From Kiritimatiellia bacterium (lineage in GTDB: Bacteria > Verrucomicrobiota > Kiritimatiellia > JAAZAB01), in contig JAXGPF010000014.1 of assembly GCA_040767085.1 (NCBI GenBank), forward strand, positions 83,434 to 147,433: DNA of 64,000 nucleotides. Reading direction: 5' to 3'. Within the stretch, counting starts at the first letter, position 1. Each line of letters opens with the position of its first letter. Made by a program: the position numbers and the translations under genes. Shown here piece by piece: positions 31,042 through 40,769 of this stretch. The notes beneath the pieces are model-generated. The model was given only the letters and a program-made list of their open reading frames with translations, made no database searches and was not told where the DNA came from.

Positions 31042-33335
31042 CAGGAATAGTGCCTGCAAGATCGGCCGCAAAGCCAAAAAATAATTTACCGGAAGAAGCG
31101 CGTTGGGTATGGAATGCGCGCTGGAGCAGCTACTGGTACGGAGATCGGGAGTTGTTTGAATCAAGCGCGGCGGATTTTAATCGTAAGGCCTCGGCATTGC
31201 GCAGGGCGGGGATCAATGCAGTGATAACATTTGGCGGGTTCCATTTTCGATGGAATTTCATTGCGGAGTGGCCGCAATTAATAAAAACGCTGAAATTAAT
31301 ATGCAAAAGCTGTCATCAACATGGAATACGAGTTGTCGAACATCATAGCGCAATATTACAGTCTTTTCCCATAGGTGCAAGGGAATGGGCGGATGTCGGG
31401 AAGTATTTTAATAACGGGGTTACTGATGCTTCTCCTGTGGAAATGAAACGGCATCCGTTGGTATTGCGCATGTTGGAAACCGGCGACTATGAGTTTAGCG
31501 GGGTTAAATTATCAAATATGCGGCAAATAGATCCGCGGACTGGCAGTTACGCCCGGACGGCGTATCAAGGTTGGGCGTTATGCTACAATAATCCAGATTG
31601 GCAGCGGATTTATTTTGAGCATTTGGAGAAACTATATGCTTGCGGGATTGATGGCATAATGACCGACGATATCGGGTTCTGGCCATCGGGTTACGGGTGC
31701 GGTTGTCTGCATTGCCGTCGTTTATTCGAGGAGGAAACAGGTTGTCGGATGCCGCCAAATGGGCAAGATGATTCTGATTATTACGGAAATTTTACTAATG
31801 CTGTTTATCGCCGGTGGCTGGACTGGAGGATCGGCCAGCAGCGCAAACATCAAGAACGCCTGTTTGCGCATTTCCGATCAAGGGGATATGAACTGGCAAG
31901 ACCTATCTATTCAAGTTCTGATACCAATTCCTATCGGCCTGTGGGCGTTGGTAGTTCTTTGTCCGCGATGGATGGATTGTTCAGCACGATATTTACCGAG
32001 GTCAATGCGAATGACTTGCAAGCGCATTGCTGGCTGCGCATTGGCGCGGAAGCTTCACAACGCAGCGCGCTGGCGCGGCGCAATGCGGCGCCAGCAATGT
32101 GTTTGTTCTATCCAAACAATAAAGTGGAGAATGAATTCTGCTGGGGTATGACCAAATTATGGGGGCAGAATTATTGGGGTACTAATCCGGCTTTAACATT
32201 ACATTCCGAGACGCGTATGCTGTCGCCTTATTTCCGGTTTGAAAAAAGCCATCCGGAGCTTTATGGACGTCCAGAATCAATTGCGGAAATAGGGATTGTA
32301 TATTCGGCCAGGACAGTACTATTTCACAGGGATGCGGACGCTGCGCCCGATCCAATCATAATGAGCGATCCATCCAGCACTGATTGCTGGGCTGGCTGGT
32401 GCGAAACAATTCTATTGCATGGCATGCCTTTTGACACTTTGCTCGAACGCGAAATGGAAGAAAACGATGAATGGATGCGTTATAAAGTGCTGGTTTTACC
32501 AAATGTAGTATGTATGTCGCATCGGGTAACGCAGGCATTGTTATATTATGTTCACAGCGGCGGGCGCTTGATCATAACGCATCAGACCGGAATGAAAGAT
32601 GAGACTGGAAAATGGAAATCCAAGCATCCATTTGAGAGGTTGTTGCATGCGGTTTATGGGGGGGTGCGGGAAAGCGATTCAGATTGGGTGCCGGCAGGGG
32701 GGCGCCGGGACTTAAGTATTTGTCGAGTCACAAAAATTCCCATTGTAGTTTGGCGAGAACAAAACGGAGTAGAAGTATTGATGCGCGTCGGCGGTAAATC
32801 GCTTGCTATCGGCCGGGTCCGGCACGGTAATGGCGAGGTTGTGTTCTTTGCCGGAAAACCGGGCCGGATTGTGTGCGTGAATCGCCACCGGCGTTATGAT
32901 CGCCATGGCCAACGCTATGCCGCGATTGCTTATCGCCGCAATGCAGCGGTGATGCGCGTTATGTGGCATGTCTTGGAGGAACTGAATCCGAAACCGTTAT
33001 TACGCATGTCTGAAAAACCGCGCCGCATTGCGGTTGGGCTATATCAGCATGGTGCACGGTTAGCGCTGCACATCATGAATATTGCCGGCGTGATGGCCGA
33101 TGACTCCAAAAAAGCGACCATTCCCGCGCCCTTGCGGTTCCCGCGTTTAGATAAATTGCCTGGCGGTTTGGATGAGATTGTTTTTGCAGTGCGCACATCT
33201 AAGCAGCATGCATATATGCATGCGCCTTCTGCACGTTGTGCAAAATCGTTGAAGGTGTCGCGCGCAGGAGAATACCTCGAAATATATGTTACGTCGCGCC
33301 ACCTCGGATGTTATCAGGTAATTGAGATTAAATGA
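31026..33335 (+). CDS. Putative glycoside hydrolase with GH42-like Cys cluster and beta-galactosidase trimerisation-like domain
   Basis: LCYNNPDW..GIDGIMTDD..CGCLHCRRLF; RYKVLVLPNVVCMS..YVHSGGRLI; no signal peptide. Confidence 0.7.
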   Translation: MDCKITGIVPARSAAKPKNNLPEEARWVWNARWSSYWYGDRELFESSAADFNRKASALRRAGINAVITFGGFHFRWNFIAEWPQLIKTLKLICKSCHQHGIRVVEHHSAILQSFPIGAREWADVGKYFNNGVTDASPVEMKRHPLVLRMLETGDYEFSGVKLSNMRQIDPRTGSYARTAYQGWALCYNNPDWQRIYFEHLEKLYACGIDGIMTDDIGFWPSGYGCGCLHCRRLFEEETGCRMPPNGQDDSDYYGNFTNAVYRRWLDWRIGQQRKHQERLFAHFRSRGYELARPIYSSSDTNSYRPVGVGSSLSAMDGLFSTIFTEVNANDLQAHCWLRIGAEASQRSALARRNAAPAMCLFYPNNKVENEFCWGMTKLWGQNYWGTNPALTLHSETRMLSPYFRFEKSHPELYGRPESIAEIGIVYSARTVLFHRDADAAPDPIIMSDPSSTDCWAGWCETILLHGMPFDTLLEREMEENDEWMRYKVLVLPNVVCMSHRVTQALLYYVHSGGRLIITHQTGMKDETGKWKSKHPFERLLHAVYGGVRESDSDWVPAGGRRDLSICRVTKIPIVVWREQNGVEVLMRVGGKSLAIGRVRHGNGEVVFFAGKPGRIVCVNRHRRYDRHGQRYAAIAYRRNAAVMRVMWHVLEELNPKPLLRMSEKPRRIAVGLYQHGARLALHIMNIAGVMADDSKKATIPAPLRFPRLDKLPGGLDEIVFAVRTSKQHAYMHAPSARCAKSLKVSRAGEYLEIYVTSRHLGCYQVIEIK

Positions 33336-33382
33336 TATTTCGATGTGATTATATGTAAGTGTCCAATCTCCCCGCCGTGCAA

Positions 33383-34021
33383 TCAGCCGCTTGCGCGCCG
33401 GCGCAGGGTGGAGACAAGGTATTCCAGGCCGCCGGCGAACAGGAACAGGTGCCCCAGGATTTCGATGGTTTCCTCGTTGACGCGTTTGACGTCGCGGATG
33501 AAACACTCCTTCAGCAGCGGCAGCCAGTAACGTTCATGGCCGGTCATTTGGGCGTAAATGACCGCGCAAATCCCCGCCCAGAACAGCGCGCAGGCGGGGT
33601 GGCCCAGGAAGGGCGCCGCCTGGGTTTTGATGGACTGGCGCCAATGCCACATCGTCCAGGCCACGGCGCCGACCATCAAGGCGAAGGGCAGTTTCCACTC
33701 CAGCTCCAGGAACGGGACCAGGCGGCAGAAAAACGCGTCGGACTCGCGGATGACCGCCAAACTCATTACGCCTGCCAGCGCCAGGGGAAGGCCCCGTTCG
33801 GCCGCCGGGGTCAGGCCGGCGGATAGCAGCAGCATCAAGGCGGCGGCCCCGGTCAGCGAAAGCTGAACATACTCCACCACCCCGCCTTCCTGGAATTGAT
33901 CCGGATCGCCGTGCTTAGCCGTCAGGTTGACGAAACCCGCCAGCAGGAAAAACATGGCGGTGTACAAAACAAACCGCGCGGCGGCATGTTTAACGAAGAA
34001 TTGCACGGGCGCCTCCTGCAC
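33383..34021 (-). CDS. Hypothetical integral membrane protein
   Basis: About six hydrophobic segments; EGGVVEYVQ, IRESDAF and KRVNEETIE motifs; directly downstream of the RND operon. Confidence 0.75.
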   Translation of the reverse strand: MQEAPVQFFVKHAAARFVLYTAMFFLLAGFVNLTAKHGDPDQFQEGGVVEYVQLSLTGAAALMLLLSAGLTPAAERGLPLALAGVMSLAVIRESDAFFCRLVPFLELEWKLPFALMVGAVAWTMWHWRQSIKTQAAPFLGHPACALFWAGICAVIYAQMTGHERYWLPLLKECFIRDVKRVNEETIEILGHLFLFAGGLEYLVSTLRRRASG

Positions 34022-34046
34022 TGGATAAGTGCGAAAGTTGTTTCAA

Positions 34047-35528
34047 TTATTCGTTCGTTTCCGCGGGGAGCGGCTGCGCCGGGGCGCCGCCGCCGCCCAA
34101 GGCTGAGTAAAGTTTAATGTCGTTGGCCAGTTTTGACAAGCGCAAAGTAATCAGCGCCTGCTGCGCGCCGTAGAGCGACCGCTGGGCGTCCAGCACGCTC
34201 AGGTAGCTGTCAATGCCGTTGGCATAACGCTTGTTCGAGAGCTCGTAAATTTTCCGGGCGGAATCCACCACCGCCTGCTGCGCCGACACCTGGAGGTCCG
34301 CCGTGCCGCGCACCGCCAGGGCGTCGGCCACTTCGCGGAAGGCCGCCTGGATGGCGCGTTCGTACTGCGTCAACAGGATTTTCCGGTGGACTTTGCTGAC
34401 GCGGTGCGCCGCCCAGACCCGGGCATCGAAGATCGGCAGAATAACCTGCGGGGTGAAATTCCACGCGCCCGATTCGGCGCCGAACAGGCCGGACAATTCA
34501 TCGCTGGCCGTGCCGATAGCCGTGGTCAAGCTGATGCGCGGGAAGAAGGCGGCGCGCGCCGCGCCGATCAGGGCGTAGGCGGCCTGCAACTGGTGTTCCG
34601 CGGCCATGATGTCCGGGCGTTGCAGCAGCGTTTCCGACGGCACGCCCGCGAAAACCTCCCGGACCGGATTGATGGCGGTCAGGGATGGAGGCAGTAATTC
34701 GTCCGACACGGACGCGCCGGCGAGCAGGTCCAGGGCGTTGCGGGTCTGGGCTGCCAGGTGGGTGTAGCGCGCGGCATCGGCGCGGGCGGTGTCCACCTGG
34801 GTGCGGGCGCGGAGCAGGTCAATTTCGTCCGCGAGTTGGGCTTCATATTGGCGCTGGATCAAATCATAAGTGCCCTGCTGCATCTTCAGGGTGGCTTGGG
34901 CCAGGTCGAGTTTTTCCAGGTCGGCCCCCAGCATCAGGTAAACCCGGGCAGTCTCGGAGATCAGCGCGATCTGCGCGCCGCGCTGGGCCTGTGCCGTGGC
35001 CAGGTATTCCTGCAGCGCCTGTTCCTTCAGGCTGCGGATGCGGCCGAAGAGATCGATTTCCCAGGAGGCCACGCCGAGATTGACGTCAAACCGCTGGGTG
35101 GTGCGGGGCGAACCGGCGGCGGTCAAATCCGCGGAGGCCTGCTGCTTCGATCCGCCGGCCGCGGCGTTGATGACGGGATATAATTCATCGCGTTGCAGGC
35201 CGTAAAGGGCGTGCGCCTTCTCGACATTCAGCGCCGCCAGGCGCAAGTCGCGGTTGTTGGCGAGGGCGATGTCAATCAAGTCTTGCAGTTTGGGGTCGGT
35301 GAAAAAATCGCGCCAGGGGATTTCCGCGGCGGCCGGGGCGTCCGCCGGGATCGCGGTCTCCTGGTACGACGGGCCGCGCGGCCATACCGGCGGCGTGGGC
35401 GCGTCCGGCCGGGAGTAATCCGGGGTCATGGTGCAGCCGGCCGGCAGCAGCGCCGCCAGCGCCAGCCATCCCAGCCAGCGCGCGCGCCGATCGTTGCCCA
35501 GCGGATTTTTGCCAGAAATGGTCAGCAT
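34047..35528 (-). CDS. oprM: RND efflux outer-membrane lipoprotein (OprM/NodT family)
   Basis: Lipobox LLPAGC; WRDFFTDPKLQDLIDIALANNRDLR, WEIDLFGR, LLQRPDI, GAARAAFFPRISLT, LYSALGGG. Confidence 0.93.
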   Translation of the reverse strand: MLTISGKNPLGNDRRARWLGWLALAALLPAGCTMTPDYSRPDAPTPPVWPRGPSYQETAIPADAPAAAEIPWRDFFTDPKLQDLIDIALANNRDLRLAALNVEKAHALYGLQRDELYPVINAAAGGSKQQASADLTAAGSPRTTQRFDVNLGVASWEIDLFGRIRSLKEQALQEYLATAQAQRGAQIALISETARVYLMLGADLEKLDLAQATLKMQQGTYDLIQRQYEAQLADEIDLLRARTQVDTARADAARYTHLAAQTRNALDLLAGASVSDELLPPSLTAINPVREVFAGVPSETLLQRPDIMAAEHQLQAAYALIGAARAAFFPRISLTTAIGTASDELSGLFGAESGAWNFTPQVILPIFDARVWAAHRVSKVHRKILLTQYERAIQAAFREVADALAVRGTADLQVSAQQAVVDSARKIYELSNKRYANGIDSYLSVLDAQRSLYGAQQALITLRLSKLANDIKLYSALGGGGAPAQPLPAETNE

Positions 35529-35532
35529 GGGT

Positions 35533-38500
35533 TCAAGCCTTTTTGTGTTTTCCGAAAGTATTTTCGATCAGCACGTAAAACAGCGGGGTGAACAGCACCA
35601 CCAGGATCGTGCCGGTGACCATGCCGCCGAGCACCACCGTGCCGATGGCGGTCATGGCGCCGGCGCCGGCGCCGGTGCTGAAAGCCATCGGCAGCACGGC
35701 AAATCCGGTGGTGGTGGAAGTCATCAGGATCGGCCGGAGCCGCAAGCGCACCGCCTGCAAGGCAGCGGCGGCTAGGCCGGCCCCCTGCGCGACCTCATTC
35801 ATGGCGAACTGCACAATCAGGATGGCGTTTTTTGTGGCCAGGCCGAGCGTGTTCAGCAGGCCGATCTGGAAATACACATCGCTCGACAAGCCGCGCCCCA
35901 TGGAAGCCGCGTAGCCGCCGACGACGCCCAGCGGGAGGATCAGCAGCACGGAGATGGGGATATCCCACTTGCCGTACAAAGCCGCCAGGAAAAGGAAAAC
36001 GATCAGGATGGAAAAGGCATAGAGCATGCCGGTCTGGGATTCCGCCTGTTTTTCCTGGAAAGACAAGCCGTTCCAGTCGTAGCCGAAGCCCTGCGGCAGA
36101 CGACCGGTTAATTGCTCCATTTCCCGCATGGCTTCGCCCGAGCTTTGGCCCGGGGCCGGTTCGCCCCAGAGGTTGATCGTCGGGAACCCGTTGAACCGTT
36201 CGAGCTGGGGCGACCCGGAAGTCCAGCGCCCGGCGGCAAAAGAGGCGTAGGGCACCATCCGGCCGGCCTGGTTGCGCACGTACAGTTTTTCCAGGTCCGA
36301 AGGCAGCATGCGGTAGGGCGCGTCCGCCTGCACGTACACGCGCTTGATCCGGCCGCCCTGGATAAAGTCGTTGACATAGGCGCTGCCGAACGCCGCGGCG
36401 ATGGTGTTGTGAATCGAACTGATGGGCAAGCCCAGCGCCCCGGCCTTGTCCCAGTCCACGTCCACCCGGTATTCCGGCACATCCTCCAGGCCGTTGGGCC
36501 GCACATTCCGCAGCCGCGGACTTTGCGCCGCCATGCCGAGCAGTTGGTTGCGGGCCTGCATCAGGGCGGCGTGGCCGTTCCCGCCGCGGTCCACCAGTTG
36601 GAAATCGAAGCCGATGGAAGTGCCCAGTTCGGCGATGGCGGGCGGCGGGAAGGCGAAGACCAGCGCCTCCCGGATTTGGGAAAACCGGGCCATGGCCCGG
36701 CCGGCGATGGCCTTGACACGCTGATCGGCGCGCTGGCGCAGGTGCCAGTCCTTGAGCTTGACGAACACCATGCTGTTGTTCTGCGCCCGCCCGGAAAAGC
36801 CGACGCCGGCGATGGTCATGCAGGATTCCACGACATCCGCTTCGTTTTCGGTGAAATGCTGCCGCACCTTCTCCGCCACTTTCAGAGTTTGCTCCATGGT
36901 CGAGCCGGTCGGCAGGATCACCTGGGCAAAGATGATGCCCTGATCTTCATCCGGCAGGTAACTGGTGGGCATGCGCAGCGCGATGTAACCGAGTCCGGCG
37001 CAGATGACCAGGTAAATCAAAACGAAACGGAACTTCCGGGCGAGCCCGTAGCCGATCAGGGTGACGAAGCCGTCGCGGAATTTATTGAAGCCGCGGTCGA
37101 ACCAGAGGAAAAACGGCCGCAGCAAACGCCAGCCGACTTCCGCCGCTTCATGCCCGGCGGCCACCGGCTTGAGAATATTGGCGCACAGCACGGGCGTCAG
37201 AATCAACGCCACCAGCACCGAGAGAATCATGGAGGTTACGACCGTCACGGAAAACTGCCGGTAAATGATGCCGGTCGAGCCGCTGAAAAACGCCATCGGG
37301 CCGAAGAGGGCGATCAAGACCAGGCAAAACCCGATCAAGGCGCCGGTGACCTGGTCCATGGATTTGGCGGTGGCCTCCCGGGGCGATAATCCTTCCGTGC
37401 TCATCAGGCGTTCGACGTTTTCCACCACCACGATGGTGTCGTCCACCAGCAGGCCGATGGCAATCACCATGCCGAACATGGTGAGCATGTTGACGGAGTA
37501 ACCCAGCGCGCCGAGCACGGCGCAGGTGCCGAGCAAGACCACCGGCACGGAAATAGTGGGGATCAGCGTCGCGCGGATATTGCCCATGAACAGCCACATC
37601 ACCAGGAAGACCAGCAGGATGGCCTGAAACAGCGAATTGACCGCCTCGGAAATCGCCGCCTTGACAAACGGCGTGGTGTCGTAGGGATAAATGACTTTCA
37701 ATCCCCGGGGAAAATTGGCGCTCATCTCCGCCATCTTGCGCTTGACGGCATTGGCGGTGTTCAGGGCGTTGGCGCCCGGCGTCTGGCGGATGGCCAGCGC
37801 GCCGGTCGGCAGGCCGTTGTAATTGACTTCAATATCGTAAAAAGCGGTGCCGAGTTCCGTGCGGCCCACGTCTTTAACCCGCACCATCGAGCCGTCCGGA
37901 TTGACGCGCAAGGGAATGGCCGCGAATTCATCGGGCGTCTGCAGCAGGTTCTGCACGACAATCGAAGCATTCAGGCGCTGGCCTTCCACCGCCGGCGCGC
38001 CGCCGAACTGTCCGGCCGAAACTTCCACGTTGTACGCCCGCAGGGCCGCGATCACATCCGCCACCGTCAGCCGGTAATTAACGAGCTTGTCCGGATTCAG
38101 CCAGACGCGCATGGCGTATTCCTTGGCGAAGAGCTCTACCTCGCCCACGCCCGGCACCCGCGCCAGCACGCCTTCCAGGTTGGACTTGGCGTAGTTGCCG
38201 ATGTCAATCGAATCCATGCTGCCGTCTTCGGATATCAGGCCGACGATGAGCAGGTAATTGCGGGTGGCCTTGTTGACCGTCACTCCCGTGCGCTGCACCA
38301 CTTCCGGCAGGCTGGCCGTCGCCGCCTGCAGCTTGTTCTGCACCTTGGTCCAGGCGATGTCCGGATCGACACCGGGCGCGAAAGTCAACTCAATCCGCGA
38401 GCTGCCGGCGGAATCGCTGGTGGACGACAGGTAAAGCATCCCGTCCAAGCCGGTCATTTTCTGCTCGATGATCTGGGTGACGCTGTTTTCCACCGTTTCG

Positions 38501-38664
38501 GCCGAGGCGCCGGGGTAGAAGGCGTCGATCACGATGGAGGGCGGGGCAATGTTCGGGTACTGGGCGATCGGCAGATTGTAAATCGCCAGCAACCCGAGCA
38601 GCATGATAAAAATAGCGATGACCCAGGCGAAGACCGGGCGGGCAAGAAAGAATTTTGAAAACAT
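35533..38664 (-). CDS. acrB: RND efflux permease (AcrB/MexB, HAE1 family)
   Basis: MFSKFFLARPVFAWV; proton-relay motifs AIGLLVDD, GLATKNAILI, RLRPILMTS; 1043 aa. Confidence 0.95.
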   Translation of the reverse strand: MFSKFFLARPVFAWVIAIFIMLLGLLAIYNLPIAQYPNIAPPSIVIDAFYPGASAETVENSVTQIIEQKMTGLDGMLYLSSTSDSAGSSRIELTFAPGVDPDIAWTKVQNKLQAATASLPEVVQRTGVTVNKATRNYLLIVGLISEDGSMDSIDIGNYAKSNLEGVLARVPGVGEVELFAKEYAMRVWLNPDKLVNYRLTVADVIAALRAYNVEVSAGQFGGAPAVEGQRLNASIVVQNLLQTPDEFAAIPLRVNPDGSMVRVKDVGRTELGTAFYDIEVNYNGLPTGALAIRQTPGANALNTANAVKRKMAEMSANFPRGLKVIYPYDTTPFVKAAISEAVNSLFQAILLVFLVMWLFMGNIRATLIPTISVPVVLLGTCAVLGALGYSVNMLTMFGMVIAIGLLVDDTIVVVENVERLMSTEGLSPREATAKSMDQVTGALIGFCLVLIALFGPMAFFSGSTGIIYRQFSVTVVTSMILSVLVALILTPVLCANILKPVAAGHEAAEVGWRLLRPFFLWFDRGFNKFRDGFVTLIGYGLARKFRFVLIYLVICAGLGYIALRMPTSYLPDEDQGIIFAQVILPTGSTMEQTLKVAEKVRQHFTENEADVVESCMTIAGVGFSGRAQNNSMVFVKLKDWHLRQRADQRVKAIAGRAMARFSQIREALVFAFPPPAIAELGTSIGFDFQLVDRGGNGHAALMQARNQLLGMAAQSPRLRNVRPNGLEDVPEYRVDVDWDKAGALGLPISSIHNTIAAAFGSAYVNDFIQGGRIKRVYVQADAPYRMLPSDLEKLYVRNQAGRMVPYASFAAGRWTSGSPQLERFNGFPTINLWGEPAPGQSSGEAMREMEQLTGRLPQGFGYDWNGLSFQEKQAESQTGMLYAFSILIVFLFLAALYGKWDIPISVLLILPLGVVGGYAASMGRGLSSDVYFQIGLLNTLGLATKNAILIVQFAMNEVAQGAGLAAAALQAVRLRLRPILMTSTTTGFAVLPMAFSTGAGAGAMTAIGTVVLGGMVTGTILVVLFTPLFYVLIENTFGKHKKA

Positions 38665-38676
38665 GGCGCGTCCCGT

Positions 38677-39912
38677 TTAGTGCAATTTTTCCGCCGGCGG
38701 CGCGCCGGATTGGGCGGATGCCGGCCCGGCGCCGCCGTTCAACGGAGCCGGCTTGACCGTCATGCCGGGCCTCACCCGCTGCATGCCTTCGACGATTACC
38801 CGGTCGCCCGCCGCCAGCCCGTCGGTGACCAGCCATTTGTCGCCGATGGCCCGGTCAAGCTGGAGCGGCCGCGGCTGCGCCTTGTCTTCCGCATCCACGA
38901 TCAGCGTGTAAGGCTCCCCGCGCGGATTGCGGGAAACGCTCTGCTGCGGCACCAGGATTGCCGTTTCCTTGACCCCGGTGGTGGCGACCATCCGGACAAA
39001 CATGCCCGGCAGCAGCACGCCGTCCGGGTTGGGGAATACCGCGCGCAAGGTCACGGAGCCCGTGGTTGGATCCACGGTGATGTCCTGGAATTGCAGTTCG
39101 CCTTCCCGGGCGTATGGCTTGTCTTCATCGAGCAGCAGTTTGACCTTGTTTTGATTGGCGTTGCCATGGTTCAGCCGGCCGTCCGCCAGCCGGCGGCGCA
39201 GCCGCTGCAGTTCGGTGGTGGATTGCGGCGCATCCACGTAAATCGGGTCCAGTTGCTGGATCGTCGCCAACGCCAGCGGCTGGTAGGCCACCACCAGCGC
39301 GCCGTCTGTGACGCTGGATTTGCCGATGCGGCCGGAAATCGGCGCGGTCACGCGCGTATATTCCAGGTTGATGCGGGAGGATTCCACCGCCGCCTCGTTG
39401 AACTTGATTTCCGCCTCGGCCTGCTGTAAAGCCGCCGTGGCGTCGTCGTAATCCTGGCGGCTGATGGCGTTGTCGGCCAGCAGCCCTTCGTAACGCTGCA
39501 CTCGCACCTTGATGGCGGCCAGTCCCGCCTGGGCCCGCGCCAGCGCCGCATTGGCGTTGTCCAAAGCCGCCTGGAAGGGATCGGGATCGATCTGGTAAAG
39601 CACCTGGCCAGCCTGGACTTCCGAGCCTTCCTCAAAGAGGCGTTTCTGAATAATACCGTTGACCTGGGGGCGGATTTCCGCCACCAGGAAGGCGGCGGTG
39701 CGGCCCGGCAATTCGGTTGTCATCACCACCGGCTCCGGTTGTATGACGGCGACGGCCACCTCCGGTGTCATCGGCGGCGGCGGGCCGCCCTGCGGCCGGC
39801 AGCCGCCCGCCGCCAGCAACAGGCCGCAAACCGCCGGCAGGTAAAAAAGATAAAACCGGCGGCCAGCATCAACAATCGCGTGACTATGTATTTGCATAAA
39901 ACTCCATTTCAA
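38677..39912 (-). CDS. acrA: RND efflux periplasmic adaptor (AcrA/MexA family)
   Basis: Lipobox AAGGC; ELPGRT..AEIRPQVNGII, APISGRIG, VDPTTGSVTLRAVFPNP..LLPGMFV. Exact start uncertain. Confidence 0.93.
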   Translation of the reverse strand: MKWSFMQIHSHAIVDAGRRFYLFYLPAVCGLLLAAGGCRPQGGPPPPMTPEVAVAVIQPEPVVMTTELPGRTAAFLVAEIRPQVNGIIQKRLFEEGSEVQAGQVLYQIDPDPFQAALDNANAALARAQAGLAAIKVRVQRYEGLLADNAISRQDYDDATAALQQAEAEIKFNEAAVESSRINLEYTRVTAPISGRIGKSSVTDGALVVAYQPLALATIQQLDPIYVDAPQSTTELQRLRRRLADGRLNHGNANQNKVKLLLDEDKPYAREGELQFQDITVDPTTGSVTLRAVFPNPDGVLLPGMFVRMVATTGVKETAILVPQQSVSRNPRGEPYTLIVDAEDKAQPRPLQLDRAIGDKWLVTDGLAAGDRVIVEGMQRVRPGMTVKPAPLNGGAGPASAQSGAPPAEKLH

Positions 39913-39928
39913 GACCGATATGAAAAAA

Positions 39929-40249
39929 TTAAGATTTCACTCTCTGGCCGGCGGCAACCGGCGTGTCCGGCTGATGCATGGCGACATATTCCCATACGCC
40001 GTGTTCCACCGCCCCAAAGCGGTTCAAATATTCCGCTATCGCCATCCCTTCACGGGTTTTGACCGGCTGACGGTCGTTTTGCCAGGTAAGAATCACCGCC
40101 AGGTCGCCGGGGTATAGCGTATGCCTGACGACAGACACCCCGGCCAGTTGTTCCGCCCGGCACAAAGCCAATTGCTCGTTCAGGGCAGGAATGTTCCATT
40201 CCATCCCTGCCGCTGAAGCGCGAACATGCACAAATTCCAGCCATTTCAT
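39929..40249 (-). CDS. Small hypothetical protein, first gene of the RND operon
   Basis: 106-aa ORF (MKWLEFVHVR...FGAVEHGVW) with AAGGA RBS, just downstream of a sigma54 promoter. Confidence 0.8.
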   Translation of the reverse strand: MKWLEFVHVRASAAGMEWNIPALNEQLALCRAEQLAGVSVVRHTLYPGDLAVILTWQNDRQPVKTREGMAIAEYLNRFGAVEHGVWEYVAMHQPDTPVAAGQRVKS

Positions 40250-40281
40250 CCGGTAATTCCTTCCAAGGGAGATTGATTATA

Positions 40282-40297
40282 AGCATTTAGCATGCCA
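40282..40297 (-). promoter_or_regulatory. Sigma54 (-24/-12) promoter for the RND operon
   Basis: Minus strand TGGCATGCTAAATGCT has exact GG-N10-GC spacing, about 33 bp upstream of ATG 40249; a divergent sigma54 activator gene is nearby. Confidence 0.8.
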
Positions 40298-40740
40298 AAT
40301 CGGAATCCAGTGCCGGCGCCGGCCGGGCACGACTGCGTCATTCACGGGAAAGACGGCGCGGTGCAGTTTGCCCTGTATAGCTTCAGCGAAGTCCGTCAAA
40401 ACTGGACGTAGCCTGCATGGAGACCGCGCCCTTCTACCATTTTCTATAATTTTGCCTTTGGTACGTCCCCGCTCAGAGCGGGGTGAACCTCCGGCTTGTC
40501 CCGCCTGGCGCGGGAGCGTGCCGCCGAGAATGACGCAGCCCTGGCATTGGTTGATGGCCAATGTTTTGCATTTTTTGCATAACCTTTCGTTCCTGCCACG
40601 CAAGGTGGCAGGGGACGACTTTTGAAATCAGCTCTTTTTTTAACCAGAAATTGACTGTTCGTAACAAGTCAAGTGTCCGCTTTTTGTAACAAGTGATCTG
40701 TCCGATTTGTTATTGTGTGTTGTTGCTCCTGGGGTGAGGA

Positions 40741-40766
40741 TTTTCCTCCCCCGCGGGGGAGGAAAA
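40741..40766. terminator. Intrinsic terminator-like hairpin just after the IS1202 transposase
   Basis: TTTTCCTCCCCC-GC-GGGGGAGGAAAA perfect inverted repeat 3 bp after the stop codon. Confidence 0.7.
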
Positions 40767-40769
40767 AGT

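Noticed and set aside
40330-40620. Small ORFs or riboswitch upstream of the RND operon
   Set aside because: Short ORFs have no recognisable motifs; only fragmentary palindromes are seen, with no riboswitch consensus I can support.
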